64,000 nucleotides of DNA, taken from contig NC_068983.1 of NCBI RefSeq assembly GCF_001194135.2, forward strand, positions 60,680,985 through 60,744,984, read 5' to 3'. This document shows positions 12,290-25,029 of the stretch, piece after piece (the first letter of the stretch is position 1; each line of letters opens with the position of its first letter). Origin of the DNA: Octopus bimaculoides (Eukaryota). The position numbers and the translations under genes are program-made. The notes under the pieces are model-generated. The model was not told the origin of the DNA and ran no database searches. It worked only from the letters and a program-made list of their open reading frames with translations.

Positions 12290-12835
12290 TTCATTATCAT
12301 CACCATCATTTAGCTTCTGTTTTCCATGTTGGCATGGGTTAAATGGTTTGACTGGAACTGGTAGGCCAGAGAACTGCATCAGGCTCCAGTCTATTTTGGT
12401 TTAGTTTCTATGAATGTATGCCCTTCCTAATGCCAACTACACTCCAGAGTGTACTGGGTGCCTCTAACATGTCCCTGGCATGGGTGCCTTTTATGTGTCA
12501 CCAGCACTGGCCATGACTACGATTCCACTAAGTTTGACATGTCTTCTCAAGCACAGCAAATCACCAACAGTCTCAGTCACTTGCCATCTCCTCCATGAGA
12601 CTCAGCATTCAAAGATCATGCTTCACCACCTCATCCTGGGTCTACTTCTTCCACAAGTTCCCTCCACTGAGATCGGTACTTCTTTATGCAGCTGTTCTCG
12701 TCCATATACATCACATGGCCATACCAGTGCAGTCTTCTCTCTTGCACACTACATCCGATGCCTCTTATATCCATTTTCTCTCTTAAGGCACTAACATTCA
12801 GTCAAATGTGCACACTGACAATGCACACCCGTTAA
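12290..12835 (-). mobile_element. RTE LINE 3' fragment (RT C-terminus plus UTR tail)
   Basis: Starts with a (CAT)n tail. It is the reverse complement of segments in 59050-59760. Confidence 0.75.
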
Positions 12836-12967
12836 CAACTGTATTAACAAAGGTAAGTAGTTATTTGAAAAGGAAAAACTATACTGCAAGGATTCCTTTT
12901 AGAAATAAGTTCTTAACCCATGTTTATTGAACATAACACCGAAACTTCTACCCCAACACACACATTT

Positions 12968-13010
<43 letters not shown>

Positions 13011-13051
13011 NNNNNNNNNNNNNNNNNNNNNNNNNNNNNNNNNNNNNNNNT

Positions 13052-13096
<45 letters not shown>

Positions 13097-13607
13097 CATA
13101 CATACACACACACATACACATTTCTTGCTCCCTACATTCTGTAATTATATGTAAAAGTTAAATATTTTGAAAACCATTTCTATGTTATTTACCAGCTGCT
13201 GAAGATTTTATAGACCTTGCTGGTATCATGTAACAAGCACCCAGTCCACCTTGTAAAAAAGTGGTTGGCATTAGGAAGGGCATCCGACTAAAACCATGTC
13301 AAAACAGACCGTGGGACTTAGTGCAGTCCTCTGGCTTGTGAGCTCCTGTCAAACCATCCAACCCATGCCAGTATGGAAGACAGGCGTTAAAAATGATGAT
13401 GATGATGACGACGCTGAAAACCTGAAAAATGGTTGTCTATTTATGTCCCAAATGTTTTACAAATCTGCTTAAGGCAGTTTCAATGAAGAGCTTACAATTT
13501 TCATAGAGAAAATATCAAGGGTTTAATAAGAATTGTTCGATTCAAGTCAGCAAATTTTAACTGAGGTGGGGGCAGGGGACTGTGAAATACATAAAGAAAC
13601 TACTTAC

Positions 13608-13726
13608 TTTGGGAGGTGGTATTGACTGGTGACTAGAATCTGAAGGCCATTGTTTCATTGACAGATGTGAATGCTTTGCCAAAGTTAATGGATTACCATC
13701 TTCAGCCAATACTTTCACTGTGTATA
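13608..13726 (-). CDS. SMCHD1: SMCHD1 exon 35 (YTVKVLAEDGNPL...LSMKQW...PPPK)
   Basis: 119 nt, TTAAAG acceptor and GTAAGT donor. Phases fit both neighbours. Confidence 0.9.
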
Positions 13727-14327
13727 CTTTAAGAAATTAGGAAAATAAATATTACAGTCTATTTCATATAAAAAATTGGAAAGTGAAAGGTGTGTGTGTG
13801 AAACAGATTTGATAAAGAAGTCTCAAAGCCTATTTTATCATACTTTTTATTACTAATTTGGTTGTATCTATAAGATCAAAAATATATATTATTCTATATT
13901 TTTATATTTATTATTTGGTTATTAAGTGTGTGAATTACTACTTTTGTATGTTTAATGCCAGCTAGGAGCCTGAAAGAACTTGAACTTGTGCAAATGTATT
14001 TCTTCTGTTTGAAATTACAAAGATCTATTTGGGCAAAATTTTCCAATATTTTTAAGAAATTGATTTAAGTTATAGTTATTAATTTAATACCCTTATAATT
14101 AACTGTAAAAATATTCACTTAAAACGATTCTAAATAATATGTCACTTTTAAAAATTTTCCAATTACATGAATTTTTTACAATAAGAATTGTCATAGATTA
14201 ATTTTAATCCCTTAGGAATTCCTAAGCTGTGTATGAAATATTTCCATCATCTCTCATCTCTTTGTATTAAGTTCTCATTCCTGCTATTTTAAAAATTTCT
14301 GTGTCCGCATCATGCAAAAAGACTTAC

Positions 14328-14488
14328 CAGGCAACTTTGAGCCAGCTTCTACTGCTATATTACTTTTACAATCCACCTCAAGACGTAAAGGTTTGGTTGG
14401 ATCTGGTCGAATGCTGATCTTAATTCTTGGCCCTGCGATGGTTCTACTCCCTCCAAGCAGAGCTTTCACTGACAATTCATAGACACCC
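14328..14488 (-). CDS. SMCHD1: SMCHD1 exon 34 (GVYELSVKA...IAGPRIKISIRPDPTKPLRL)
   Basis: 161 nt, TTACAG/GTAAGT boundaries. Confidence 0.94.
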
Positions 14489-14615
14489 CTGTAAAACAAA
14501 ACAGTTCTCTTTCATAATCAATTTAAAAAAGGCATGATGAAGTTTTTGAATTCAGCAGAATTAATTGTAAATGGAATCCTAAGAAGGAAAAACAAAAACC
14601 AAAATTTGGTCTTAC

Positions 14616-14695
14616 TTTGGCCCATTGACAGAGAAGGTTCCAAAGTCTACTTGTCCTTCATTATCGGTTTTCAATGTAGTAGCAGAAGGCACAAT
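14616..14695 (-). CDS. SMCHD1: SMCHD1 exon 33 (IVPSATTLKTDNEGQVDFGTFSVNGP)
   Basis: 80 nt, TTTCAG/GTAAGA boundaries. Confidence 0.92.
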
Positions 14696-14847
14696 CTGAA
14701 ATTATAAATCAATTTAGTAATTAAATCAATTTATCATGTCTTTTTTTTCTATTATCAATATTCCAGAAGTAAAACAATAGTTTATATGACTGCAATATCA
14801 GATGAAGGTTTTCTTAATCCACTAGAGGTGGGAAGATTAATAAATAA

Positions 14848-15255
14848 TTTACATTTGACAGATATTTGTCCACATCTTGTTTGTTGTTAACACAACATTT
14901 CAGCTGATATACCCTCCAGCCTTCGTCAAGTGTCGTGGGGAAATTTCAAACCTGGGTTCTCATTCCTAAGGTATTTTTCGATATTATTATTATTATTATT
15001 ATTCAGGTCACTGCCTGGAATTGAACTCGGAATCTTGGGGTTAGTAGCCCGCGCTCTTAACCACTATGCCTTATGCCCATGGGCATTCCAGGCAGTGACC
15101 TGAATAATAATAATAATTACATCGAAAAATACCTTAGGAATGAGAACCCGAGTTTGAAATTTCCCCAAGACACCTGATGAAGGCTGGAGGGTATATCAGC
15201 CGAAACATTGTGTTAAAAACAAATAAGACGAGAACAAATATACGACAAATGTAAA
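14848..15255. mobile_element. Foldback element: inverted ~170 nt arms carrying a minimal type-I hammerhead motif (Penelope-like) with a central tRNA-derived head
   Basis: Arms 14848-15021 and 15085-15255 are reverse complements. The right arm reads GACAC-CTGATGA-A-GGCTG...CAGCC-GAAA-CATT-GTGTT. Minus-strand A box is at 15056-15066 and B box at 15017-15028. Confidence 0.8.
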
Positions 15256-15558
15256 TCATGTACATAATTCCTCATCTCTTAAATACAGAACTGAAATCTT
15301 GAAAAGATCAGCATTTTTTCAATACCAATGTCACCTGTTTACTATAACATGTATATAATACTCATGGGTTGTTTCATTTAATGACTAACGGAAATTTTCA
15401 AGAGACTATAATGAATTTACTGGCATTAAATTTCAGTATGCTATACATTATATGTTGAACTTATGTTATACGGAAAAACTTCTATAAATTATTCAATTTG
15501 TATTATTTTTAAAGAAATGCAATTTATCAAAATGTAATAATTTACTGATAAAAAATAC

Positions 15559-15684
15559 CTTAATTTTTTGATCCTTATTCAAAAGGATTTTTACATCTTT
15601 CTCTTTACATTGGTTGCCCCTGTCATCACACAGCGATACAACTAAATGTTGATTAATTTTTCCACCATCATACACCACAATAGG
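15559..15684 (-). CDS. SMCHD1: SMCHD1 exon 32 (PIVVYDGGKINQHLVVSLCDDRGN)
   Basis: 126 nt, CTTCAG/GTATTT boundaries. Confidence 0.92.
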
Positions 15685-16661
15685 CTGAAGAAAAAAAAAA
15701 TATACACACACATATATACAGAGGTTTGGTTTGCTATAGCATGGCTCAGTATTTGTGCTGAATCTTTAAACCCTTCCCACAAAATATAACAACTAAACTG
15801 TCACTCTGCCAACACGATAACATGTACAAGAGAAATACTTACCAACAGCCAATCCAGATATATTTTGTGATACATTTCAGATATATTTCAGTCTTTGATT
15901 ATCTGCATTCCATTTTACGAGCAATTTTCAAGCAAACAAAAACACATTTTTCATAACACCTTAAGCAACATTTATTGTGTAAATAAATGAAACACTGAAA
16001 AGTGTTTATTATTGAATGTCTTAAAAATTATCAGAATGAGGGAGAAGACAGACCTTCTAATGCAAGCTTATGGAATAGCAAAGGGGGAAATAAGTCATAA
16101 GAAACGTGCACAATTTAGCAGAGAACAAAAAGCTCTCTATGTACTGAGCTGGAAAAGGTTTGCTGAAAGTAGTAGCTTAGTGACATTTGGAGACAGAGTT
16201 AGAATAGCACCAAGAATGGCTGTTCTTGGCCACTCCTATTTCATAATGGTCTCTTTTTTTTTCGTATCAAGGGCAGATAAAACCTTTAAGATGTCTTCCC
16301 ATTTAGCAAATAGATTATATAGAACATACCAAAAGTCTTGGAAGAAAGGAACAATAGAGATCAAAATCAAAATAATAAAACCAACACTAACAAGAAAAAA
16401 ATCTGTTTGAAACACAAATGAATAAGCAACAAAGAAATATGAACAAAGAGGTAAAAAAAAAGACGATAATAAAGATCTGAATTTTTCTGTTCAGAGTATA
16501 AAGTATACATAGCTAATGGTTGGCAAATGCAGAGTTAGAGTTTACTTAGATATTTATTGATCTTAATAGAGTGTAACTTTCACATCACCAGTTGAAGGCA
16601 TAGAGTTTCTTTGTGTTTATAAAAAGACAAAAATCTGTTGCAAAAGAAAGAAAAGGCCTAC

Positions 16662-16820
16662 CTCGTCCAAGTCCCATCCTGGAATAATAAGCTGAGAAGG
16701 GGGCCCTGATACCAACTCAATGCGAATGTAATCCTTGAGTTTCTTCCATTGAAACATCAACTCTTTGGAACCAGTGTGAACATCCTCTAACTGGATGCCT
16801 TTTACACAGAAGGCACATTG
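16662..16820 (-). CDS. SMCHD1: SMCHD1 exon 31 (VKGIQL...KELMFQWKKLKDYIRIELVSGPPSQL)
   Basis: 159 nt, TTTCAG/GTAGGC boundaries. Confidence 0.94.
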
Positions 16821-17545
16821 CTGAAACAGAATCAGAGGAAACAGTTAGAATTTAAACAGAGCGAACATCATATTCAATCATCATCATCGTTTAATGTCTC
16901 TTCTTCATACTGGCATGGGTTGGATGGCTTGATAGGAACTGGCAAGGTTAGGGGCCACACCAAATTCCATGCTTTAGTTTTGGCTTGGTTTCAACAGCTT
17001 GATGCCCTTCCTAATGACAACCATTTTGCAGAGTGTATTGGGTGCTTTTTATGAGCCACCAACACCAGTGCTTTTTACGTGGCATAAGTAATTACATTTT
17101 AAATTGTCACAATAATCTTAGGTTAATTCCTAATATTTATATATATGCACCACTGAATATTGTAATCCTTTAACTTCAGATTCATCATCATCATCATCGT
17201 TTAACGTCCGCTTTCCATGCTAGCATTCTTATCTATTCACATTGTTTTGAATTAATCAGGTATTACCATGGAGCTTTGAGATTTTGATGATGTGATAGCC
17301 TAGTTTTAGAGTGACATTGTAGAGCAGGTGCGAGAGGCCAGATCTGGCTAGTTGGAATATAAAATGGGTAGAATATTTGGGTTGGATTAAATGCTAAAAG
17401 GTTAAACAAGTGACAATTTTTTGCAAGTGAAATTCTGAAACAATTCTACAACTTTATCAATCTGTTCCAATTTCCAGGTCATTAAAATATTTGCATCAAC
17501 AATCCAAATATATATTTATCATATTCTAACAAGGACAAATGAATA

Positions 17546-17578
<33 letters not shown>

Positions 17579-17631
17579 TTTAATGCAAATTTAATTGCTA
17601 TAAAAGTTTTCTGTTTGTCATAATTACTTAC

Positions 17632-17712
17632 CTGACCTTTATACTTCTGGATTTTGTCAGTTATTAAGCCATCACCACTAATGTTCAGTTCTTGTAGTTC
17701 TGAAGCTTGGAA
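17632..17712 (-). CDS. SMCHD1: SMCHD1 exon 30 (FQASELQELNISGDGLITDKIQKYKGQ)
   Basis: 81 nt, CTTCAG/GTAAGT boundaries. Confidence 0.9.
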
Positions 17713-18848
17713 CTGAAGAGGAGAAAATAAACATTCATTTCATATTTTGAGAGAAGACAAAAAAAAAAAAACTCTTGTGTAAAAACTTTATATATCATCA
17801 TCATTTAACGTCCATTGTACATGCTGGCATGGGTTGGATGGTTTGACCGGAAGGCTGCACCAGGTTTCAGTCTGATTTGGCATGGTTTTCCACAGCTGGA
17901 TGCCCTTCCTAACGCCAACCAATCTGAGAGTGTAACAAGTGCTTTTATGTGCCACCGGTACAGGTACTATTTGTGTGACACCGGTATCTGCCACGACTGC
18001 AATTTTGCTCGGCTTGATGGGTCTTCTTCTCAAGCATGACATAATGCCAAAGGTCTTGGTCATTGCCTCGTGAGGCCTAACGCTCGAAAAGAACTCAGCC
18101 ACTGCATTTGAGTATTAAAAAAAATTAGTATTAAGGTAATAATCCATTTAACATGTTTTCTATGCTGGTATGGGTTGAATAGTTTGACAGGCTTGTATCC
18201 ATATTTCTTTACCATAGAATTGGATTATCATCATCATCATCATCATCTACATCTAGTCTCCATGCTGGCATGGGCTGGACAGTCTGACATGGAACTGTCC
18301 AGACTCCAGCTGTCTGTTGTGGCATGGTTTCTAGCGCTGGGTGCTTTTTACACACCGTTAAATGGTTGGGATAAGGAAGGACATCCAACCGTAGAAACCA
18401 TGCCACAACAGACAGTTGGAGTCTGGACAGCTTCCTGCTAGCCAGCTCCATGCCTAAAACTATCTTAATTTTATAAAAAATGGTTATTTGGATGCATTTG
18501 TCATCTCTCAAAGGTCTCATTTATGAAAAGTAGCAGACAAAAATGGTTGGGTCACCATCTTTTTCAATGCTAGTAAGAAGGTGGATCATTTGTCATACAT
18601 CATACAACTGCCCACCTTGGATGTTTTTCTGAAACCCAATTAAGGCAAAAGACTTCTCGGATATTCTGGTAGATTAGGAGACAACTAATCTTATATATAA
18701 ACATCAACATGAGGCTTATTATGTAAGGAATTCAAAGACTTGTCATTACACAAACAATATAATGACAATTTAAAGAAAGAAAAATGTGTCAAAGTAAATA
18801 TGACTTTATAAAAATTTTTAAAAAAAAAGGAGAAATGGATTAACTTAC

Positions 18849-18978
18849 ATCTATTATTTCATTGCCATTTTTATCTCTGATGCTAACTTGAATTTCACTT
18901 TCCATTTGCTCCTTAATACGTAAACTGCAACTTCCTTTTACCTTGCACTTCATCTGAGAAGGCTCTCCTGCTTTGGCT
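18849..18978 (-). CDS. SMCHD1: SMCHD1 exon 29 (AKAGEPSQMKCKVKG...IRDKNGNEIID)
   Basis: 130 nt, GTGCAG/GTAAGT boundaries. Confidence 0.92.
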
Positions 18979-19271
18979 CTGCACATTGAGAAAGTTAAAT
19001 CATGACAGGAAGCTTAATAGAAAGTAATAAACAGACAAGCAAGAGAAAGAGAGAGAATAAGAAAGAAAGTTCTGCACACACACACACACACACTTATAGA
19101 TATACATTAATGCAAATGATATATGAGCATATGCATATATACGTACATGTATGTACATACCTACATCTACATGTATATATAGATGCATATCCGGGTACAG
19201 GACGTCAGAAAATGAACGGGAACATAAAACACAAAAACGGACTTTTTTTTTTTTTTACAGACACCAGAATG

Positions 19272-19275
<4 letters not shown>

Positions 19276-19340
<65 letters not shown>
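19276..19340. repeat. (GA)n microsatellite; (TA)n/(CA)n tracts also near 2700-2790, 47917-47990 and 63570-63745
   Basis: Seen directly. Confidence 0.95.
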
Positions 19341-19363
<23 letters not shown>

Positions 19364-19397
19364 CATGTAGGAAAAATAAAGAGGAAATCAAACTTAC

Positions 19398-19543
19398 TTT
19401 ATTGTGAAACTAAAGTGAGTGTCCGATCCATCTAGAATACTAACATGGCAATACTTTTGGTCAGAAATTGAAGTTGGAATTTTGATATCGGGCAATTTTT
19501 TTTGAAGTAGAAGTTCTTTATTCATTTTAGGGGTCCAGTTTAC
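19398..19543 (-). CDS. SMCHD1: SMCHD1 exon 28 (VNWTPKMNKELLLQKKLPDIKIPTS...KYCHVS)
   Basis: 146 nt, TGTCAG/GTAAGT boundaries. Confidence 0.94.
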
Positions 19544-19651
19544 CTGACAATACAGAAAATGAATTAATTATGTTTGAAAGATGAAAGAAGACTGGGCTTT
19601 ACCAATACGACAATGGTGATATCACTGAATGGCATGATATATGCAATCTAC

Positions 19652-19719
19652 CTTTATCTTGGAGGAGATCTTTTCATCCATCTTGATTTCCCGACCAGCT
19701 TCATCAAGAAGTAAGAATG
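19652..19719 (-). CDS. SMCHD1: SMCHD1 exon 27 (FLLLDEAGREIKMDEKISSKIK)
   Basis: 68 nt, TTTCAG/GTAGAT boundaries. Confidence 0.92.
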
Positions 19720-21092
19720 CTGAAACAAAAAAGAATATCTACATAAAGCTGAGAAACAGATAAAATTTATCAAAAGAAGAGAATTATAGGTACTAAAGAA
19801 GAAAAGCTTATACTTTTCAAACCTCAAAGATCCCACAAGGCTAGCTATTCTCACTGGTTGCTATAACATAGAGTTAAGTAAATATTACCCCAATATCACA
19901 GGTAGCTTTTCCTAACAGAGGAAATGAACTTACCACCATCTGGTACCTAGTTAGAGACAACTGGGAGAAAAAAAACCCAAAAAAAAACAACTTAACTGTT
20001 AAGAATTAAAGGGTTCTGATCCCATATTGGTGACAGCCCCTTCCCTCAACAGTTGATTACTCAGTGAACAACAACAACAACAACACATGCTAAGCACCAT
20101 AGGACTTCCACCTCAAATAACTTATGAAAAACAACAACCGACTTATCAAACACGTAACAACTTATTGCCAAGTAAGCCATCTATGTCCCCACGAAGCCAA
20201 TTTAACCCTGTCATGCTGTATTCCCACTATAGGAGGAATAGGTTAAACATCATCTCTGTTGGATTCCCAGTAAAGCGGTAATAAGCAACAGACATACAAA
20301 AAGAAGATGCAACTGATTCTGTCCATTAGTTTGTCTGCAATCGTTACTCTTGAACTGTATATGCAACTATTTTTCTTTTTGCTAAGGTGGAGGGTAAAGT
20401 TAGACACAGAGGCTCAGGACTGAGAAGGTTAAATTTTATGACAGTATGATTTCCCCCACCTCTAGTAAAGGGTAAATGGCCACAGAATAACTTTTCAACT
20501 GATTCAGTTCCAGATTATAAGTCTAACAGAACTACAACTTTACAAACAATTACACCTAACATCTGAATCTTACTCTCTATTCATCACTATTAAATCGTTA
20601 GAGTTTGTAGGCAACATTCGATTTTCTTCTTTCTTATTCTATTTGTTTTAGTAGAGCAACTGTGCTGGTGTCACGTAAAAAAACTTCTGTGCTGGCTTCA
20701 TGTAAAAAGCACCCAGTACACTCTGTAAGGTGGTTGGCATTAGGGAGGGCACTCAGCCACAGAAACCATACCAAAACAGACAACTGGGGCCTGGAGCAGT
20801 CCTCCAGCCTGCCAGCTCTTGTCAAACTATTCAACCCATGCCAGCATGAGAAACAGACAATAAATGATGATGATGTATTTTGTAGGGAGGAGGTTTTGAA
20901 ATGATTGAAAATGAAGACAAATACATTAATGTAATCTTGTACCTTAACCATCTTCATTAAAACTAGCACATTGTATAAAAATATTCAAAATAATCTGTTT
21001 TCCTGAATTAAAAAAAATGTTGATTTTAAACTTGCTGAAATGCTAATAAGTAAAGTTTAAGAAATCCGTTGCAGACACTTGATAATACTTAC

Positions 21093-21270
21093 TTAAACCC
21101 TGCATGTATTCACCTGCAACAGCAACTACTTCCTGAGAGTTTTTAATGCGTACTGTCTTCTCCACAGTGCCATCTTCATTGTACAAATTATAACTCAAAT
21201 CAATGCTTGCAGTCTTTCCACTTGGTATCAAACATAACTTCCGTTCCACTGTTTTCACGTCTTTGCTATT
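21093..21270 (-). CDS. SMCHD1: SMCHD1 exon 26 (NSKDVKTVERKLCLIPSGK...AGEYMQGL)
   Basis: 178 nt, CTACAG/GTAAGT boundaries. Confidence 0.92.
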
Positions 21271-22087
21271 CTGTAGAAAAATAAAGGAAGCTTACGTAAG
21301 AAACTGCATTGTCCCACATGTGTATTTATTCATTACTTCAATGTGGGCTACATTTAAGCCTAAAATGATACAATTTCAACGGTTAATAATCATGAGAGTT
21401 CAATCATTGTGAAACTTGGCTCCCATAACAAACTGGAGGGTTTAACTTGTGTTGTGCATACCTAGTATTGATATGTGACCGATGGACTGGCTCCTGTGCA
21501 GGTGGCACGTAAAATACACCATTTCGAGCGTGGCCGTCGCCAGTACCGCCTAACTGGCCCTCATGCCGGTGGCACGTAAAAGTACCCACTACACTCTCAG
21601 AGTGGGTAGCATTAGGAAGGGCATCCAGCTGTAGAAACTCTGCCAAATCAGATTGGAGCCTGGTGTTGCCTCCTGGTCCACCAGTCCTCAGTCAAATCGT
21701 CCAACCCATGCTTGCATGGAAAGCGGATGTTAAACGACGATGATGATGATGATGTGGTTGAAAAAGGCTTTTCTATCTCTATCTCAAGATTTAAGACTTA
21801 GCATCCTCTATGTCCCTCTCTCAGCTGAGAAGTCCTGCTCTTGAGGGCTCAGGGGTACTGGCATCATGAAAAAGCATTTGTCCCAGTGCCACATATAAAG
21901 CACTTATACCAGTTCCACATAAAAAGCACCCAGTACACTCTGTAAAGGGGTTGGCATTAGGAAGGGCATCAGGCCATAGAAACCACACCAAAATAGACAA
22001 CTGGAACCTGGCCAGCTCCTGTTAAACTGTCAAACTCGTGCCAACATGGAAAGTGGACGTTGATGATAATGATAAACTAAATTTTAC

Positions 22088-22222
22088 CTGCAGTTCAATT
22101 TTGGCCACAACTTCCTGGTTACTTTTCACTTTTTTCATGTATAATGATTCTCCAGTCAATATTCCAGTGCCACTACTTGAACAGTCAAGACTATAAACTG
22201 GTAAACCAGAGATTCCTTGGAA
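22088..22222 (-). CDS. SMCHD1: SMCHD1 exon 25 (LPVYSLDCSSSGTGILTG)
   Basis: 135 nt, TTTTAG/GTAAAA boundaries. Confidence 0.94.
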
Positions 22223-23174
22223 CTAAAAAGGAAAACAAATTGATATTTATTATCAAATTTTAATATTGGTAATCAATCATTATCACCTAAAGATGCAAAA
22301 TATTGTAACAAAAACCAAAAAACCAACCCCCCACCTCCAACTTTTGTTGTATTTGGATTTGTTAATGCTTCACCATCAATTTGCATCCTAGTTGCAAGTC
22401 AACCTTATATTTATTTTAGAATCATTTTCTTCAATATTAATCAGCTTAACAACATCAATGCAGATGAAGCATTGTGAACTTATTTTGTTGCACGTGACTT
22501 AACAGTTCTCCCTAACACTCAAAGCTATGGGCACTACAATTTTCATAATCCCTTTCCTCATTACACGAGACTTTATACCTATGGCTGTGTCTACTCACCA
22601 TCTGTGCTTCAATCTCTCTATATAAGTCTCTGCTAATAGGTCAATTCTTTCATCAATTGAAAGCATTCGACAGAGAAAGAATGATGTGCTGAGATAACTG
22701 CATGATAATAATAACAACAACAATCCTTTCTGCTAAAATTATCTGTTTTCATTATTATTCTTTAATTAATCCAAACCCAACCCTTTTAGGGTAGATAAAT
22801 TCTCTTGACAACTACTTAACTAAAAAACAGAGGTAACTATTATGCCAAGCTGTTCCAGAGTCCCATTATCACCTCTTTGCAATTTAACTCCTCCCTACGT
22901 CATAGAGATATGAGACTGCACAGCCATAGTAAAGCTTATCTGTCGACAAAGTTGGATATATAGAATAAAAACTAACAGACTCTTTAGCATTGCTGCAGAT
23001 AACATCTCTAGTATTAGTGCTAAGATAAAATACTCTCGGTCCACACTCTAATGCAGTTGATGATGAGCAAGGCCTCAAGCTATAAAAACGAAGAGGATGA
23101 GGACCAACCTGTGCCATACAGAAAATATGATGATAAAACATAACTCATAAAAGAAAAGAAAAAAAATGTTTTAC

Positions 23175-23311
23175 CTTACAAGTAACCACCAGTTTATTCT
23201 CAGTAGTAACATTGCCTGCAATATCTAGAACTTCTACATTGAACACAGGAGCAGTTCCATTTTCAAGGTTCAAGTTTTGATCTGGTTTCACAGAGAGCTG
23301 ATAGGGAGGAC
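23175..23311 (-). CDS. SMCHD1: SMCHD1 exon 24 (GPPYQLSVKPD...ENGTAPVFNVEVLD...VVTCK)
   Basis: 137 nt, TGCCAG/GTAAAA boundaries. Confidence 0.94.
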
Positions 23312-24722
23312 CTGGCACAAAAATAATCCAATCATAAATTAAGAAAAACAATCTTCAAAGGACGGAATTTTGTCTGAATATTTTTTAACAAATTTGTATT
23401 TAATTTCTAAAGAAATTAAATAAGATATTGGCACAGGCAGCTAAGTCCCAAGCAACTTATTCAATACAGAACATTGAGTCTTAAAATCATTTGTCATTTA
23501 TGCCAGCATTAATTAAAAAAACCAAAATATTAGAGTGCCATCATCATTTATTTTACATTTTGTAATATCATGTACACAGTCTCACACACACACTTCCAAC
23601 CAATTATCAAATCTAGTTTACAAGAAGCAACTATACTGCAACATGAAGCTCAACAAAGATATTCTTCAAACAGTTTCATTAAGTTCCACTCATTTTCAAG
23701 CAGAAGGTGTCCATGGGTATGCCCCACCACCAATCTAGTCATTCTTCAAAGTCAGGGTTTGACAAATTTTGGGGGAAGTGGTTTGTAGACCAAAGTAAAT
23801 AAACAATAAAACTATGATGAGACAAGGCTATGGAAATAGCTTTAAACACCCCCAGTTGTAGCAGAGGAACCACCACACATTTAACCCTTTAGCATCCAGA
23901 TTATTCTGTCAAACATAATGCTTATTTATTCATGATACCCTCTAGTGTCACCTTCCTGCTCTTACCCTTTTCCTCACTGCCCACTCTGCTACAGCTTCTA
24001 TGCCTTCTCATCTTAATCCTCTGATTTACCCCCTACAAGCATCCCCATTCTTTCCTTCAATGATTCTCGGTATTCCTCCCCACTCTACTTCTCCCTTCCT
24101 GTCCCTTTTGCCTCAGACCTGTCCATACTAACCACTTATGTTGGAAAGTTCTACAGCCCCCCTCCCCCAACTACCCCATCACCAATCAACTCTAACCCAC
24201 TTTCTCATCAACCCTTGTTCATAATTCCTTCCTCTTCTATCATACTTCTCTTACTATCCCTCTATCTAGAATCATTGCCCACTCTCTCATCTACTCTCCC
24301 CCACTAAAAGGGGTTATTTTAGTCTTGCAAGTTATAAGGCACCCCTCACTGGTGTTAGTGTCATCATCATCATCATCATTGTTTATCGTCTGCTTTCCAT
24401 GCTGGCATGGGTTGGACGGTTTGACTGAGGACTGTCAAGCCAGAAGACTGCACCAGGCTCCAATCTGATCTGGCAAAGTTTCTACAGCTGGATGCCCTTT
24501 CTAATACCAACCACTCTGAGACTGTAGTGGGTGCTTTTTTTATCATGAACAAAAAAGTACTCAGTACACACTGTAAAATAGTTGGTGTTTGGAAGAGCAT
24601 TTGGTCATAGAAACCTTGCCAGAGTAAACTTTGGAACAGGATACAGTCCTCTCCATCTCATCAGATCCAGTCAAATCATCCAACCCCTGTCACTATGGGA
24701 GATGGAATTTTAACATTTCTAG

Positions 24723-24943
24723 GTTTAACTCTTTTGATACTAAACCGGCTGAAACCACTTCTGGCTCTGTAGTACAAATGTCTTGTTTTCATAAGTTCTG
24801 AATTAAAATCTTCCACCAAACCTTCGTCACAATTTATGTTCCTTACACTAGCTTAATGATGACTAAGTTATTCTTTATTATATTTAAAATTAATTGAAAG
24901 AAATATAGAGCATCTCAACAGAAATTCAGTAACAAAAGGGTTA
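24723..24943. mobile_element. TTAA-flanked MITE (piggyBac-type ends); second copy at about 36442-36650
   Basis: Ends ttaactctttt...aaaagggttaa. The internal sequence closely resembles 36442-36650. Confidence 0.7.
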
Positions 24944-24959
24944 AAAATCATTTTCTTAC

Positions 24960-25029
24960 CAGGAAGTAAACGGATTTTTAAGGTTTGTTTTTCTTCTAAC
25001 TCATCCACTTTCACGGTCAAATTGAAATT
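24960..25029 (-). CDS. SMCHD1: SMCHD1 exon 23 (NFNLTVKVDELEEKQTLKIRLLP)
   Basis: 70 nt, TTACAG/GTAAGA boundaries. Confidence 0.93.

Noticed and set aside
15006-15075. tRNA-Ser(ACT)-like sequence on the minus strand
   Set aside because: It has A and B boxes and an anticodon arm but no proper acceptor stem or long variable arm. Treated as the head of the repeat element, not a tRNA gene.
16012-16410. 132-aa plus-strand ORF inside an SMCHD1 intron
   Set aside because: It has no recognisable domain, no convincing splice context and a non-ATG start. It may be a decayed transposon but I could not assign it.
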